A stretch of 64,000 nucleotides of DNA from Myxococcota bacterium (GCA_041611735.1 JBFIML010000002.1:32001-96000); one strand, 5' to 3'. Counted from the first letter of the stretch, positions 17,454 to 27,101 are shown. The notes: generated from the letters alone by a model not told the origin. Numbers and translations: made by a program.

Positions 17454-18334
17454 CAGGACTCGCCCTCCGGCGGCACGGGCTCGAAGGCGGCCACCACCCG
17501 GGCCAGCTCCCGGAAGCCCCTGGCGGCCGGCGCATCCCACTCGGCGGCTTCGCCATAGGGGCGACCGGCGTCCCCTGCGCCGGCCAGGGCCGGGTCGAAG
17601 GGGATGCGGGCAAGCAGGGGCAGGTCCAGCTCCGGGGCCCGCGTCGTCACGTCCACCTCCTGGAAGAGCGGACCCTCGGCCCCACAGCGCGCGCAGAGCG
17701 TGCGTCCCAGGTTCTCCACCAGGCCGATCAGGGGCACGCGGGCCTCGCGCGCGCGCCGCACCGAGCGCTCCACCGCCAGCAAGGAGACCTGCGTCGGGAT
17801 CGTGACGGCGACCGCCCCCGTCAGTGCGGGCAGCAGGCGCACCAGCGCCGGCAGGCGGTCCGCGCCCGGGGGCAGGTCGATCACCAGCACGTCCAAAGTC
17901 CCCCACTCCGTCTCGGCCAGGAGATCCGCCAGGGCCGCGTCCTCGAGCGCACTGCGCCAGGGCGCCCCCTCCCCGGCCGGCCCGTCCCAGGCCAGGGGCT
18001 GGGTGCCCTGGAGGAAGAAGTCCATGCTCTGCACCACCAGCCCTTGCGGCCCTGGGGTGGGGCGCAGCCCCGACGCCGCCACGCGCAGCGGCTGACCTCT
18101 CAAGCCGAGCATGCGGGCCACGGTGGGGCTGTTCAGATCCCCGTCGAGCAGGCCGGCGCGCTCCCCCTGGCGGGCCAGGGCCAGGGCCAGGTTCACAGCC
18201 ACGGCGGTCTTGCCGACCCCACCCTTGCCGCTCATGACCGCGACCGTGCGCCGCACGTCGGCGAGCTGCGCCGCCACCCGAGCCCGGACCTGCGCGAGAT
18301 CGCGGAGCGGCTCCGCTTCCGCAGCCTCTCCCAC
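17450..18334 (-). CDS. Mrp/NBP35 (ApbC) Fe-S carrier ATPase
   Basis: MSGKGGVGKT, WGTLDVLVIDLPPG, GLVEN, CARCG, RIPFDP. Confidence 0.88.
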   Translation of the reverse strand: MGEAAEAEPLRDLAQVRARVAAQLADVRRTVAVMSGKGGVGKTAVAVNLALALARQGERAGLLDGDLNSPTVARMLGLRGQPLRVAASGLRPTPGPQGLVVQSMDFFLQGTQPLAWDGPAGEGAPWRSALEDAALADLLAETEWGTLDVLVIDLPPGADRLPALVRLLPALTGAVAVTIPTQVSLLAVERSVRRAREARVPLIGLVENLGRTLCARCGAEGPLFQEVDVTTRAPELDLPLLARIPFDPALAGAGDAGRPYGEAAEWDAPAARGFRELARVVAAFEPVPPEGESW

Positions 18335-18337
18335 CGC

Positions 18338-19213
18338 TCAGATGTCCCAGTGGAGCTGCTCGGACTGCTCCTCGCACCCGGAGTCGCGCTGCATCTGCAG
18401 GCGGGGCGGCTCGATCTGGACCTTCGAGCACGGCGGCACGGAGTGCGTGAGCCAGACGTTGCCGCCGATCACGCTGCCGCGCCCGATCACCGTCCTGCCG
18501 CCCAGGATGGTGGCACCGGCGTAGATGGTGACGTCGTCCTCCAGGGTGGGGTGGCGCTTGCGCCCGCGCAGCGACTCCACCTGATGGGTGGAGAGGGCGC
18601 CGAGCGTCACCCCCTGGTAGAGGACGACCCGGTCGCCGATCTCGCAGGTCTCCCCGATCACGACGCCGGTGCCGTGGTCGATGAAGAAGCGTCTTCCGAT
18701 GCGGGCACCCGGGTGGATGTCGATGCCGGTGCGCGCGTGGGCATGCTCGGTCACGATGCGCGGCACGAGCGGCACGCCGAGCACGTGCAGCTCGTGGGCC
18801 AGCCGGTAGGTGCCGATCGCCCAGATGGCCGGGTAGGCGGACACGATCTCCGCGAAGCCCTCGGCGGCGGGATCGCGCTCGAAGGCCGCCTCCACGTCCT
18901 CGGCGAGGAGCGCCCGCACGGCGGGCAGGCGGCGCAGGAAACGCGCCACCACGCCCTCGGGATCCAAGCCGTTGGGCAGGGACAGGCTGCCCAGGATCCC
19001 GCGCAGGCGGCCGGCCAGCTGCGGGAGATCCGCCCGCAGGGCGCGAGGATCCCGCTGGTGGAGGATCAGGGCGAGCAGGCGATCCGCCCAGTCGACGACG
19101 TCGTGCCGATCGGGAAAGCCCTGGTCGGCGGCCTTGGACAAGGAGTCGTCGCCCGGCGCGGAGAGGGCGGCCAGCGCGTCCCTCAGGCTCTCGTCCACAC
19201 GGTCGGAAGACAT
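18338..19213 (-). CDS. cysE: Serine O-acetyltransferase
   Basis: DPAA, YRLAH, TGIDIHPGA, FIDHGTGVVIGET, QGVTLG, KRHPT. Confidence 0.92.
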   Translation of the reverse strand: MSSDRVDESLRDALAALSAPGDDSLSKAADQGFPDRHDVVDWADRLLALILHQRDPRALRADLPQLAGRLRGILGSLSLPNGLDPEGVVARFLRRLPAVRALLAEDVEAAFERDPAAEGFAEIVSAYPAIWAIGTYRLAHELHVLGVPLVPRIVTEHAHARTGIDIHPGARIGRRFFIDHGTGVVIGETCEIGDRVVLYQGVTLGALSTHQVESLRGRKRHPTLEDDVTIYAGATILGGRTVIGRGSVIGGNVWLTHSVPPCSKVQIEPPRLQMQRDSGCEEQSEQLHWDI

Positions 19214-19404
19214 GGCTTCGACCTCCCCGACCCCCCGGCAAAGCTTCAGTGTAGCGCCGCAAGCCGCGTCCGGCCGGACTGCCGGCGGGTGTGGCCGGGA
19301 CCCGCGAACGGTGCCTATACTGGCGTCGGCGTTCCCGCTGCGCTCACCCCTGGCATCGGGCCCTGCCTTCCTCCGCGAGCCGGCGCGTCCGGCGGAGGAG
19401 ATGC

Positions 19405-20259
19405 TTGGCCCGCGTCTACAGCCACTCGCGCCTGTCCTGTTTCGAGAACTGCCCCAAGCAGTTCCAGTTCCGATACGTGCTGCGGCTGCCGATGGAAACG
19501 GAGTCGATCGAGGCGTTCCTGGGCAAGCGCGTGCACGCGGTGCTCGAGCGGCTGCACCGCTTCGTACGCCGGGGGCGCGTGCCCGGGCTGCCCAGCGTGC
19601 TGCAGCGCTTCCAGTCCGACTGGGTGCAGCGCTTCGACGCGGCGCGCATCCGCATCGTCCGGTCGGGCGAGCCCGCCGACTCCTACCGCGAGCGCGGCGA
19701 GCGTTGCCTCGGTCACTACTATCGGCGTCACTATCCGTTCGACCGCGAGGAGACGCTCGGGGTGGAGGAGGAGGTTTCCTTCGCCCTCGATCCCCGCGGC
19801 CGCTATCGCGTACGGGGCGTGATCGACCGCGTCGCGCGGGCCCCGGACGGAGCGGTCGAGATCCAGGACTACAAGACCGGCCAGCGCATCCCGTCCCAGC
19901 GGGTGCTGGACGAGGACCGCCAGCTGGCCCTGTACCAGATGGGGCTGAACGGCCGCCTGGGCGGCCCGGGGACTTCGGTGCGGCTCGTATGGCACTACCT
20001 GCTGCACGATCGGGTGCGGACTTCGACGCGCACGCCGGAGCAGCTCGAGGAGCTCGGCGCCCGGACCGTCGAGCTGATCGACCGCATCGAGGCCGAGGCG
20101 GACTTCGAGCCGCGTCCCGGCCCCCTGTGCCGGTGGTGCGAGTACAACGATCGCTGTCCGGCGCAGGCGGACGCGACGCAGGCCGCGCCGCCGCCGCCGG
20201 CCCTCGGGGCCGACGCGTTCGCGCCCCCGGTCACCGATCAGCTCGATCTCTTCGGGTAG
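19405..20259 (+). CDS. PD-(D/E)XK RecB/Cas4-like nuclease with probable Fe-S cluster
   Basis: YSHSRL..FENCP, G.RVH, RGVIDRV, DYKTG, QLALY, CRWCEYNDRCP; TTG start after GGAGGAG. Confidence 0.88.
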   Translation: MARVYSHSRLSCFENCPKQFQFRYVLRLPMETESIEAFLGKRVHAVLERLHRFVRRGRVPGLPSVLQRFQSDWVQRFDAARIRIVRSGEPADSYRERGERCLGHYYRRHYPFDREETLGVEEEVSFALDPRGRYRVRGVIDRVARAPDGAVEIQDYKTGQRIPSQRVLDEDRQLALYQMGLNGRLGGPGTSVRLVWHYLLHDRVRTSTRTPEQLEELGARTVELIDRIEAEADFEPRPGPLCRWCEYNDRCPAQADATQAAPPPPALGADAFAPPVTDQLDLFG

Positions 20260-20319
20260 CAGTCCGACCGCTTCGCCGCCGCGGTGAAGCTCCCCGGTGG
20301 AGCTGCTAGCGTCGAGGGC

Positions 20320-21078
20320 ATGGGGCTTCGCATCGAACGCATTCCGACTCTCCAGGACAATTACACCTACCTGCTCGTGTGCGAGGCGACGGGGAACGCC
20401 ACGGTGGTGGACGCGCCGGAGGCGGGTCCCGTGCTGGCGCGCGTCGAGGCGCTCGGCGTCCGCGTCGAGAAGATCCTGTCCACCCACCACCACCCGGACC
20501 ACTCCATGGCGAACCCCGCCCTGGCGAAGCGCTGGGGCGTGCCCGTCTTCGGCCACGCCTCCGACTCGGGGCGGCTGCCGGGCATGACCGACGGGCTCGA
20601 GGAAGGCGATGGCGTGCGGGTGGGCGACTGCCGGGCCCGTGTGCTGCACATCCCCGCCCATACGCGAGGGCACGTCGCCTACGTGTTCGACGAGGACCGC
20701 GCGGTCTTCTGCGGCGACACGCTCTTCGCCGCGGGCTGTGGCCGCCTCTTCGAAGGCACACCCGAGATGATGTTCGAGGCCCTGCACGAGAAGCTCGGAC
20801 GCCTCCCGGACGCGACCCGGATCTTCTGCGGACACGAGTACACCGAGAGCAACCTGCGCTTCGCGGCGCACGTGGAGCCCGACCACGCCGCGGTGCGGGA
20901 GAAGCTCGCCCGGGTGGAGAAGATCCGCGCCGCCCGCGCCCCGGACTGGCACGACGCCGGGCCCGGCGAGATGACCATTCCCTCCACGATGGCCGACGAG
21001 CGGGCCACCAACCCGTTCGTGCGCGCCCGCGACGCCGCCGAGCTCGGCCGCCTCCGCAGCCTCAAGGACCGCTTCTGA
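20320..21078 (+). CDS. gloB: Hydroxyacylglutathione hydrolase (glyoxalase II)
   Basis: DNYTY, THHHPDH, HTRGH, CGDTLFAAGCGRLFEG, CGHEYT..NLRFA, ERATNPF. Confidence 0.93.
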   Translation: MGLRIERIPTLQDNYTYLLVCEATGNATVVDAPEAGPVLARVEALGVRVEKILSTHHHPDHSMANPALAKRWGVPVFGHASDSGRLPGMTDGLEEGDGVRVGDCRARVLHIPAHTRGHVAYVFDEDRAVFCGDTLFAAGCGRLFEGTPEMMFEALHEKLGRLPDATRIFCGHEYTESNLRFAAHVEPDHAAVREKLARVEKIRAARAPDWHDAGPGEMTIPSTMADERATNPFVRARDAAELGRLRSLKDRF

Positions 21079-21132
21079 GGAAGGGCCGGGGTTGAGCCAT
21101 GGACTGTTCCCGGGTCGTGAGGCCCCAAGAAG

Positions 21133-21579
21133 TCAATGGGTCAACAGCGCCCCCCGGACGCGCTCGGCGGCCCAGGCGCTGACACGCTGGATGGCCTCCA
21201 GGGCGTCCCCGCGCCCGGGCCAGTGGGCGCGCACCAGGTCCGGGTGGGTGGCGTTCACCAGCCGGGAGAGGACGAACCCCACCACCAGCAGGTCGTCGAT
21301 CAGGGCCACCGGGCCGAACAGCAGGTCCGGGATCAGATCGAAAGGCGAGAGCAGGTAGCCGAAGCCGAGCGCCGCCACGACCTTCGACCTCCAGGGGACG
21401 CGCGGCTCGCGCAGCAGACGCGCCAGCAGCACGGTGAGATCCGGCAGCAGCAGCAGCAGGTCCCGCAGGCTCGAGCCCGCTCCGGGGCGGGGCGTCACCA
21501 CCTGGGCGCGAAGCCGGTCGTAGAGGCGTCGCTCGCGCGGGTTCAGCTCGATCACGAACGGCGTGTCGGCGTCAGCCAT
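21133..21579 (-). CDS. DUF1232 (YkvA) membrane protein
   Basis: PRVPWRSK, YLLSPFDLIPD, IDD. Confidence 0.8.
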   Translation of the reverse strand: MADADTPFVIELNPRERRLYDRLRAQVVTPRPGAGSSLRDLLLLLPDLTVLLARLLREPRVPWRSKVVAALGFGYLLSPFDLIPDLLFGPVALIDDLLVVGFVLSRLVNATHPDLVRAHWPGRGDALEAIQRVSAWAAERVRGALLTH

Positions 21580-22082
21580 GACGTTCCTCCGGCCCCGGCC
21601 GTCTCTGCGATGCGAAGCTCGAGGCACCGATCGCCTCCATCATAGATCTCCGTGGCGAAGAGCGGGCGCCGCGCCGCCAGGAGCCGGGGCAGCAGCTCGG
21701 CCACGTCACCCACGAGCGGGAGCTCGCGGAGCCCCGCCAGGGGCTGCCAGGCCAGCTCGACGCCCCTCCCGGGCTGCAGCCCCCGCGTCGCGCTCTCGCC
21801 CACGAACAGGAAGACCACGTAGTCGTGGCCGAGCAGGCCCTGCTCGTGGATCACCCCGCGCAGCTCGAGCGGCGCGTCGAGACCGGTCTCCTCGCGCAGC
21901 TCCCGACGCGCAGCCGCCAGGATGTCCTCTCCGGCCTCCACGTGACCCCCGACCCCGTTCCAGCGCCCGGCGAAGCGGTCGCTCCCGGCGCCGTGCCGGA
22001 GCAGCAGGACCTCGTCCCCGTGGCGTACGAAGGCCACCGTGGCGAGGCGCACGCAGTGACGCGCCGAGGCGCCCCCGCTCAT
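21552..22082 (-). CDS. NUDIX hydrolase
   Basis: Nudix box GGHVEAGEDILAAARRELREETGL; ATGA overlap with the upstream SDR. Confidence 0.88.
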   Translation of the reverse strand: MSGGASARHCVRLATVAFVRHGDEVLLLRHGAGSDRFAGRWNGVGGHVEAGEDILAAARRELREETGLDAPLELRGVIHEQGLLGHDYVVFLFVGESATRGLQPGRGVELAWQPLAGLRELPLVGDVAELLPRLLAARRPLFATEIYDGGDRCLELRIAETAGAGGTSWLTPTRRS

Positions 22083-22882
22083 CCGCAGATGCCCTCGCCG
22101 CCGTCCACCCGGATCACGTTGCCGGTCATCCAGCCGCAGGCCGGGGACGCCAGCGCCACCAGCGCGCGGGCCACGTCGTCGGGGGTGGTCAGACGACCCC
22201 TTGGATTGCGGGCCCGGGCGTCGCTCACGAGCCGCTCGTGGCCCGGGACCTTGCGCAGGGCCGGCGTGTCGGTCACCCCGGCGCAGATCGCGTTCACGGT
22301 GACCTCGCAGGGGGCGAGCTCGAGGGCGAGCTGGCGCACGCCCGCCTCGAGGGCCGCCTTGGCCAGGGCGACCGGCCCGTAGGCGGGCCACGCGACGCCC
22401 CCGCCCGCGCTGGTCATGGCGAACAGCCGCGCCCTCCGTTCGAGCAGGCCTGCCGCGACGAGAGCCTGGGTCCAGTCCACGCAGCTCGTGGCCATCACCT
22501 GGAGGGTCATGGCCAGCTGCGCCGGGGAGACTGCGTCGGCGGCGCACTCGGCCACCAGGGGCTTGAGCGTGCCGAAGGCGAGCGAGTGCAGGAGCACCCG
22601 CACGCCGGGGCCGTCGCCCGCCTCGGCCCGCAGCGCCTCCACCACCTCCGTGCGCCGCTCCGGATCGTTGGCGTTCACGTTGAAGAAGCGCGCGCGGCGG
22701 CCCGCCGCCTCCACCTCCTTCCGCACGCCCTCGGCGGCCGCCAGCGTCCCGCGCCGGTCCAGGTGGACGCCGCACACGTCGAGCCCCGCCGCGGCAAAGC
22801 GCCGCACGGCAGCGGCTCCGAAGCCGCTGGAGGCACCCAGCACCAGACACCAGCCCGGCTCGAGGACGAGGTCAGCCTCCAT
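22079..22882 (-). CDS. SDR family oxidoreductase (enoyl-ACP reductase-like)
   Basis: LGASSGFG, YGPVALAK, NAICAGVTDT, GNVIRVDGG. Confidence 0.85.
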   Translation of the reverse strand: MEADLVLEPGWCLVLGASSGFGAAAVRRFAAAGLDVCGVHLDRRGTLAAAEGVRKEVEAAGRRARFFNVNANDPERRTEVVEALRAEAGDGPGVRVLLHSLAFGTLKPLVAECAADAVSPAQLAMTLQVMATSCVDWTQALVAAGLLERRARLFAMTSAGGGVAWPAYGPVALAKAALEAGVRQLALELAPCEVTVNAICAGVTDTPALRKVPGHERLVSDARARNPRGRLTTPDDVARALVALASPACGWMTGNVIRVDGGEGICG

Positions 22883-24452
22883 CGCCTCCCGCTCCCCGGC
22901 GCGGCGCCGCACCCCGACGCCGGCTCGGGCCGAGCAGTCCCACCAGGGGACGCCCGTCCACCGGGCCCAGACGCAGACCGAGCATCCGCGCCAGGGTCGG
23001 CGCCACGTCGGCCTGGTGGATCTCGGGCACCCGGATGCGCGCCCGGAAGCCGGCCCCCCAGGCCACGAATCCCGCCTGCATCCCGGGCCGCTCGGGCAGA
23101 TAGCCACCGGCCGCCCGCAGCGACGAGACGCCCACGGCGGGCCCGCGTGCCGCGTCCTCGAAGCGGTAACCGGGCTCCGCCTCGAGTCCGAACCAGGCCT
23201 CCGGATCGGCGCCCAGGCGCAGCATCTCCTGGGCCGAGACGATCCGGAAGGCCCGGGTCTCGGCGGCAGCCGCGGCCAGGGCGCGACGCGCGAGCACCGC
23301 GGCGTCCTCGTCCCGGGCGTAGAGGAAGGCGGAGCCGCCGTTCGAGCGCACCACGGCGTTCCAGCGGGTCAGGACGCCGTGCTTGTCCACGCTGACGAGG
23401 CCCGCCTCGGCGAGCAGCGCGTTCGGCCGCACGGCGGTGTGTACCGCCAGCGTGCCGTGGTCGCCTGCGACCACCACGGCGGCGCGCTCCAGCCGCCCGG
23501 CCCGGTCGAGGCAAGCGAGGATGCGTGCGAGCTCCGCGTCGGCCCCGGCGAAAGCACGACGTGCCTCCTCGGACTGCGGCCCGTGGGATTCGAGGGCTGC
23601 GGCGGTCTGCGACAGGCGGAGCAGCAGCAGGCCGGGCGGTGCGTTCGATTCGAGCACCGCACAGGCGACGCTGGCCAGCACCGCGTCCCGCTCCGGGCCC
23701 GGCCGCGCCGCGGCAGGAGCCTCCGCCCCGGCCCCCCGGGCGAGCTCCGCCAGCCAGGGGGTCGCCCATTGGTCCAGGAGCCCGGCCCAGGTCTCGCCGC
23801 TGCGGCGCGGCAGGACGTCCGGCAGCAGGCCGGCAACCGCCGCTCCACCGGTGGCGGGCCAGTCGAGGGCCGCCGCCGGCAGGCCGGCCTCGCTGGCCAG
23901 CTGCCAGAGCGTCGGGGCCCGCACGTGACTGGCGTGGGCATGGAACTCCGCTCGCACGCCGCGGTCGCCGAGCAGCCGGTCCGCAGGCACCCCGTGCCGG
24001 GCAGGTTGCTGACCGGTGACGAGGGTGGTCAAGGCAGGGTACGGGGCCGGCGGAAAGGCCGGCACCAGGGCGTCGGCAGCCAGTCCCTGGGCGGCCAGGC
24101 CCGCCAGGGTGGGCATGGCGGGCACCGGATCGAGATAGCGCTCCGGCGACAGACCGTGCACCGCCACGAGGAGCAGGCGCTCGGGAGGCACCTCCGAGGC
24201 CGGCGTCCGCAGGACGAGGGCGGGCGCGGTCCCAGCGGGAGCGACTGCCCGCGGCGTCGTCCCCGGCGCGCAGGCCAGGACGAGCGTCGCCACGCTCGCT
24301 GCCACCCCCGCCGCACCCCGCCCCCTGCCACCTCGTGCCGGAAGGCCGGCTCCGCCTCGGGGAGCTGCGGCCCGGCCACGGAACGCGGACGCCGCGCGCG
24401 GACCCGGCGCGTGAACTCGCGCCGCAACGACGCGCTGGGGACGCGCGATCAC
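22872..24452 (-). CDS. Alkaline phosphatase-superfamily nucleotide pyrophosphatase/phosphodiesterase, possible lipoprotein (start uncertain)
   Basis: MPTLAGLAAQG, LVTGQQPARHG, WPAT, AGDHG, DVAPTLA; LVLAC lipobox-like. Confidence 0.75.
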   Translation of the reverse strand: MIARPQRVVAARVHAPGPRAASAFRGRAAAPRGGAGLPARGGRGRGAAGVAASVATLVLACAPGTTPRAVAPAGTAPALVLRTPASEVPPERLLLVAVHGLSPERYLDPVPAMPTLAGLAAQGLAADALVPAFPPAPYPALTTLVTGQQPARHGVPADRLLGDRGVRAEFHAHASHVRAPTLWQLASEAGLPAAALDWPATGGAAVAGLLPDVLPRRSGETWAGLLDQWATPWLAELARGAGAEAPAAARPGPERDAVLASVACAVLESNAPPGLLLLRLSQTAAALESHGPQSEEARRAFAGADAELARILACLDRAGRLERAAVVVAGDHGTLAVHTAVRPNALLAEAGLVSVDKHGVLTRWNAVVRSNGGSAFLYARDEDAAVLARRALAAAAAETRAFRIVSAQEMLRLGADPEAWFGLEAEPGYRFEDAARGPAVGVSSLRAAGGYLPERPGMQAGFVAWGAGFRARIRVPEIHQADVAPTLARMLGLRLGPVDGRPLVGLLGPSRRRGAAPRRGAGGDGG

Positions 24453-25354
24453 TAGCTGAAGATTCCGCGCCGCTCGCGGCGCCCCCGCTGCAGCAGCGCG
24501 CCGATGCGGCTGCGCACCTGCTGGACCTTGACCTGGATCTCGGCGTCGTCCTCCTCCGGCGAGCCCTCCACGTGGAGCGGCTCGCCGAAGTAGATCCGGT
24601 ACTTGGTGGGCAGGGGAAGCAGACCCAGCGGCCCGAGCCACGGGAAGGTGGGAGTCAGCGGGAAGGCCGGCATGCCGAGCAGCCGCCCGAGCCGCGGCAG
24701 GTTCGTCAGGGCCGGCTGCTGCTCCTCGGATCCCACCACGCCGACGGGAACGATGGGCGTCTCCGTCTCCAGGGCGAGCCGCATGAAGCCGAGGCCGAAG
24801 CGCTGGAGTCGATAGCGCTCGCGCCAGGTCTTGTTCATGCCGCGCACGCCCTCGGGGAAGACGAGCACGCACTCGCCAGCCTGGAGCATCTGGGCGCACG
24901 TCTCCGGAGTGCCCACCACGAGGCCACCCCGCGTCATCACCACGCCCACCCACGGCAGGCGGGCGAGCCAGTACTCCCCCATGGCGCGCACCAGGCGGGG
25001 CGGCTCGGCCTGGAGCAGCATGGAGACGGCGATCATCATGCCGTCGAAGGGAAGCTGACCCGCGTGGTTCGCGACGAGCAGGGCCCGTCCGGCAGGGACC
25101 TGCTCGATGCCGTGGACCGAGACCCGGAAGTAGTGGCGATGGAGCAGCGTGGTCAGGAGCGCCACCTGACGGATGCTATCGGGATGGAAGCCGAACGGAT
25201 CGTAGCCGTACTCGTTGAGCCGGGTCGGCACCTTCCGGATGCGATCCTCGATCTCGCGCTCCAGCTCGCGCACCGAGAGGGGAACGAAGGCCCCGGCGAG
25301 ATCGCGCGCCGCACTCGCGAAGCCGCTGCGACGGACCAACGCGGACTTCCTCAC
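24452..25354 (-). CDS. Lysophospholipid acyltransferase (PlsC/LPLAT family)
   Basis: YDPFG, NHAGQLPFDG, FPEG, YRLQRFG, PIVPV; GTGA overlap with the upstream SDR. Confidence 0.88.
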   Translation of the reverse strand: MRKSALVRRSGFASAARDLAGAFVPLSVRELEREIEDRIRKVPTRLNEYGYDPFGFHPDSIRQVALLTTLLHRHYFRVSVHGIEQVPAGRALLVANHAGQLPFDGMMIAVSMLLQAEPPRLVRAMGEYWLARLPWVGVVMTRGGLVVGTPETCAQMLQAGECVLVFPEGVRGMNKTWRERYRLQRFGLGFMRLALETETPIVPVGVVGSEEQQPALTNLPRLGRLLGMPAFPLTPTFPWLGPLGLLPLPTKYRIYFGEPLHVEGSPEEDDAEIQVKVQQVRSRIGALLQRGRRERRGIFS

Positions 25355-26268
25355 TTCGCCACGCTGTGGAAGATCTCTTCGAGACCGAACAAGGGACGGA
25401 AGTTGGTGGCCTCGACGAAGCGCTTCCCGGAGAGCGTCACCGGGTACTTGAGGTAGTCGATCGCGCCGGTCGGATAGGGCCAGATACCCCAACGGAACAT
25501 GCGCTCGAACAACGGCCGCACCAGGGGCTCCGGCAGCGCCAGCGCCGTGCCCCCCGACTCGCGGATCGCCGTGGAGAGCGGGACCGCACCGGGCCCGGCC
25601 ACGTTGAAGACGCCCTGGAGGCCGTGCTCGAGGGCGAGGGCGATGGCCTCGGAGACATCCTCCTCGTGGAGGAACTGCATCATCGGGTCGAACCCGAGGA
25701 TGGTCGGCACCCGCCTCTGGCGCAGATAGGAACCGATCATGGAGTGCACGTAGTAGCCGAGCACGTTCACGGGGCGCAGCACGCAGGTGCGGATGTGGGG
25801 ATACTTCCACAGGAAGGCGCTCGCGAGGGTGTCGACCTCCACCAGGTCACGGATCTCGGGGTAGGACCGGCTCGCCGAGAGGGGTTGATCCTCGTCCATG
25901 TAGTAGGGGTTCTCCGGGAAGGCCCCGTAGACGTAGCCGCTGGAGAGCACCACGAGCTTCTGGACGCCGTAGTTGACGCAGTGGTCGAGCACCTGCTTGG
26001 TGCCCCTCACGTTCACCTCGTGGCGGATCCGGTCGGAGACGCGGAAGTGGCGCACGAAGGCCATGTGGACCAGGGCGGTGGGCATCTCCGTGCGGACCAC
26101 GTCCTCGAACTTCTTCTTGCGCAGGTCCACCACGTGGACCTTCACGTCGCGGGGACGCCCCTCCCAGCGCGCGCGGTCCACGCCGCACACCTCGTAGCTC
26201 TCCAGGAGCCGGCGGGCGAGCAGCCGCCCCTGGCCCCCCGAGATCCCGGTGATCAGGACCTTTTCCAT
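25351..26268 (-). CDS. NAD-dependent epimerase/dehydratase (extended SDR)
   Basis: LITGISGGQG, NVRGT, SSGYVYG, LGFDPMMQFLHEEDV, GVFNVAG. Confidence 0.85.
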   Translation of the reverse strand: MEKVLITGISGGQGRLLARRLLESYEVCGVDRARWEGRPRDVKVHVVDLRKKKFEDVVRTEMPTALVHMAFVRHFRVSDRIRHEVNVRGTKQVLDHCVNYGVQKLVVLSSGYVYGAFPENPYYMDEDQPLSASRSYPEIRDLVEVDTLASAFLWKYPHIRTCVLRPVNVLGYYVHSMIGSYLRQRRVPTILGFDPMMQFLHEEDVSEAIALALEHGLQGVFNVAGPGAVPLSTAIRESGGTALALPEPLVRPLFERMFRWGIWPYPTGAIDYLKYPVTLSGKRFVEATNFRPLFGLEEIFHSVAK

Positions 26269-26376
26269 CGGGTCTCCGGGTAGTTGCGGTGGGAGGGTAC
26301 CCGCTTCGGGTAGCCCGTTCTACTCTGCCGCCCCGCGCTTCCGTGGTATATAGAGGCGCCCCCCGGAGGGAAGGCC

Positions 26377-27096
26377 GTGGTCGAGCCGGCGCCCCGCTTC
26401 GAGGCCGTGAAGATCCCGCTGGACGAGCCCGTGAACGAGCTCGACAGCGTCAGCGGCGTGCTCGGCATCCCGGAGTGGTGGCCCACCGGATCCCGGGTGG
26501 GCATCGTGATCTCCCACGGGGCGGCCCGGAACCTGTCGGATCCGCTCCTGGAGGCGCTCCAGCGCGGGCTCACCGAGCGCAAGTACCTGTCCCTGCGTTT
26601 CAACTTTCCGTTCGGGGAGTCCGGCAAGCGGCGCCCGGATCCCGAGCCGGTCCTGCAGCGCACCTTCCGCGCGGCGACGGCCCTGCTCGGCCGCGACCCC
26701 ACCGCCGCACCGGCGCACCTGTTCGTGGGCGGAGCGGGCATCGGCGGTCAGGTGGCGGCCCAGATCGCCGCCGGTCGCGCGCGCGTGGACGGTGTCTTCC
26801 TGCTCGGCTACCCGCTCCACTCCCGCGACGACCCGACCCGGAACGTGCAGACAGACGCCCTGTTCCGCATCGTTTCGCCGCTCCTGTTCATCCAGGGCAC
26901 GCGCGATCGCCACTGCGACCTGGAGGCCCTGCGCCAGACCCTGGCCCGCGTGGGCGCCCCCACCACCATGCACGTCGTGGAGGAGGCGGACCAGTACTTC
27001 GGGGTGCCCAAGCGCTCGGGCCGCGGCCTCGACGACGTGGTGCAGGAGATGCTCGACGCGCTGGACAGCTGGTGCCAGCGGGTGCTCGGCGCGTAG
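26377..27096 (+). CDS. Alpha/beta-hydrolase fold protein (KANL3/Tex30-like), catalytic residues degenerate
   Basis: HGA, LRFNFPF, RPD, LGYPLH, LFIQGTRD; nucleophile elbow reads GGAGIGG. Confidence 0.8.
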   Translation: MVEPAPRFEAVKIPLDEPVNELDSVSGVLGIPEWWPTGSRVGIVISHGAARNLSDPLLEALQRGLTERKYLSLRFNFPFGESGKRRPDPEPVLQRTFRAATALLGRDPTAAPAHLFVGGAGIGGQVAAQIAAGRARVDGVFLLGYPLHSRDDPTRNVQTDALFRIVSPLLFIQGTRDRHCDLEALRQTLARVGAPTTMHVVEEADQYFGVPKRSGRGLDDVVQEMLDALDSWCQRVLGA

Positions 27097-27101
27097 CGCC
27101 C

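Noticed and set aside
16989-19262. Apparent long fused ORFs (16989-19262, 21552-22850, 8741-11014, 35580-38138, 39948-42116, 50284-52380)
   Set aside because: Only the 3' parts are protein-like; the 5' parts overlap real genes in another frame, so these are not fusions, unlike 52082-54292 where both halves are recognisable.
19405-20259. CRISPR-associated Cas4
   Set aside because: No repeat-spacer array or other cas gene is visible in the window.
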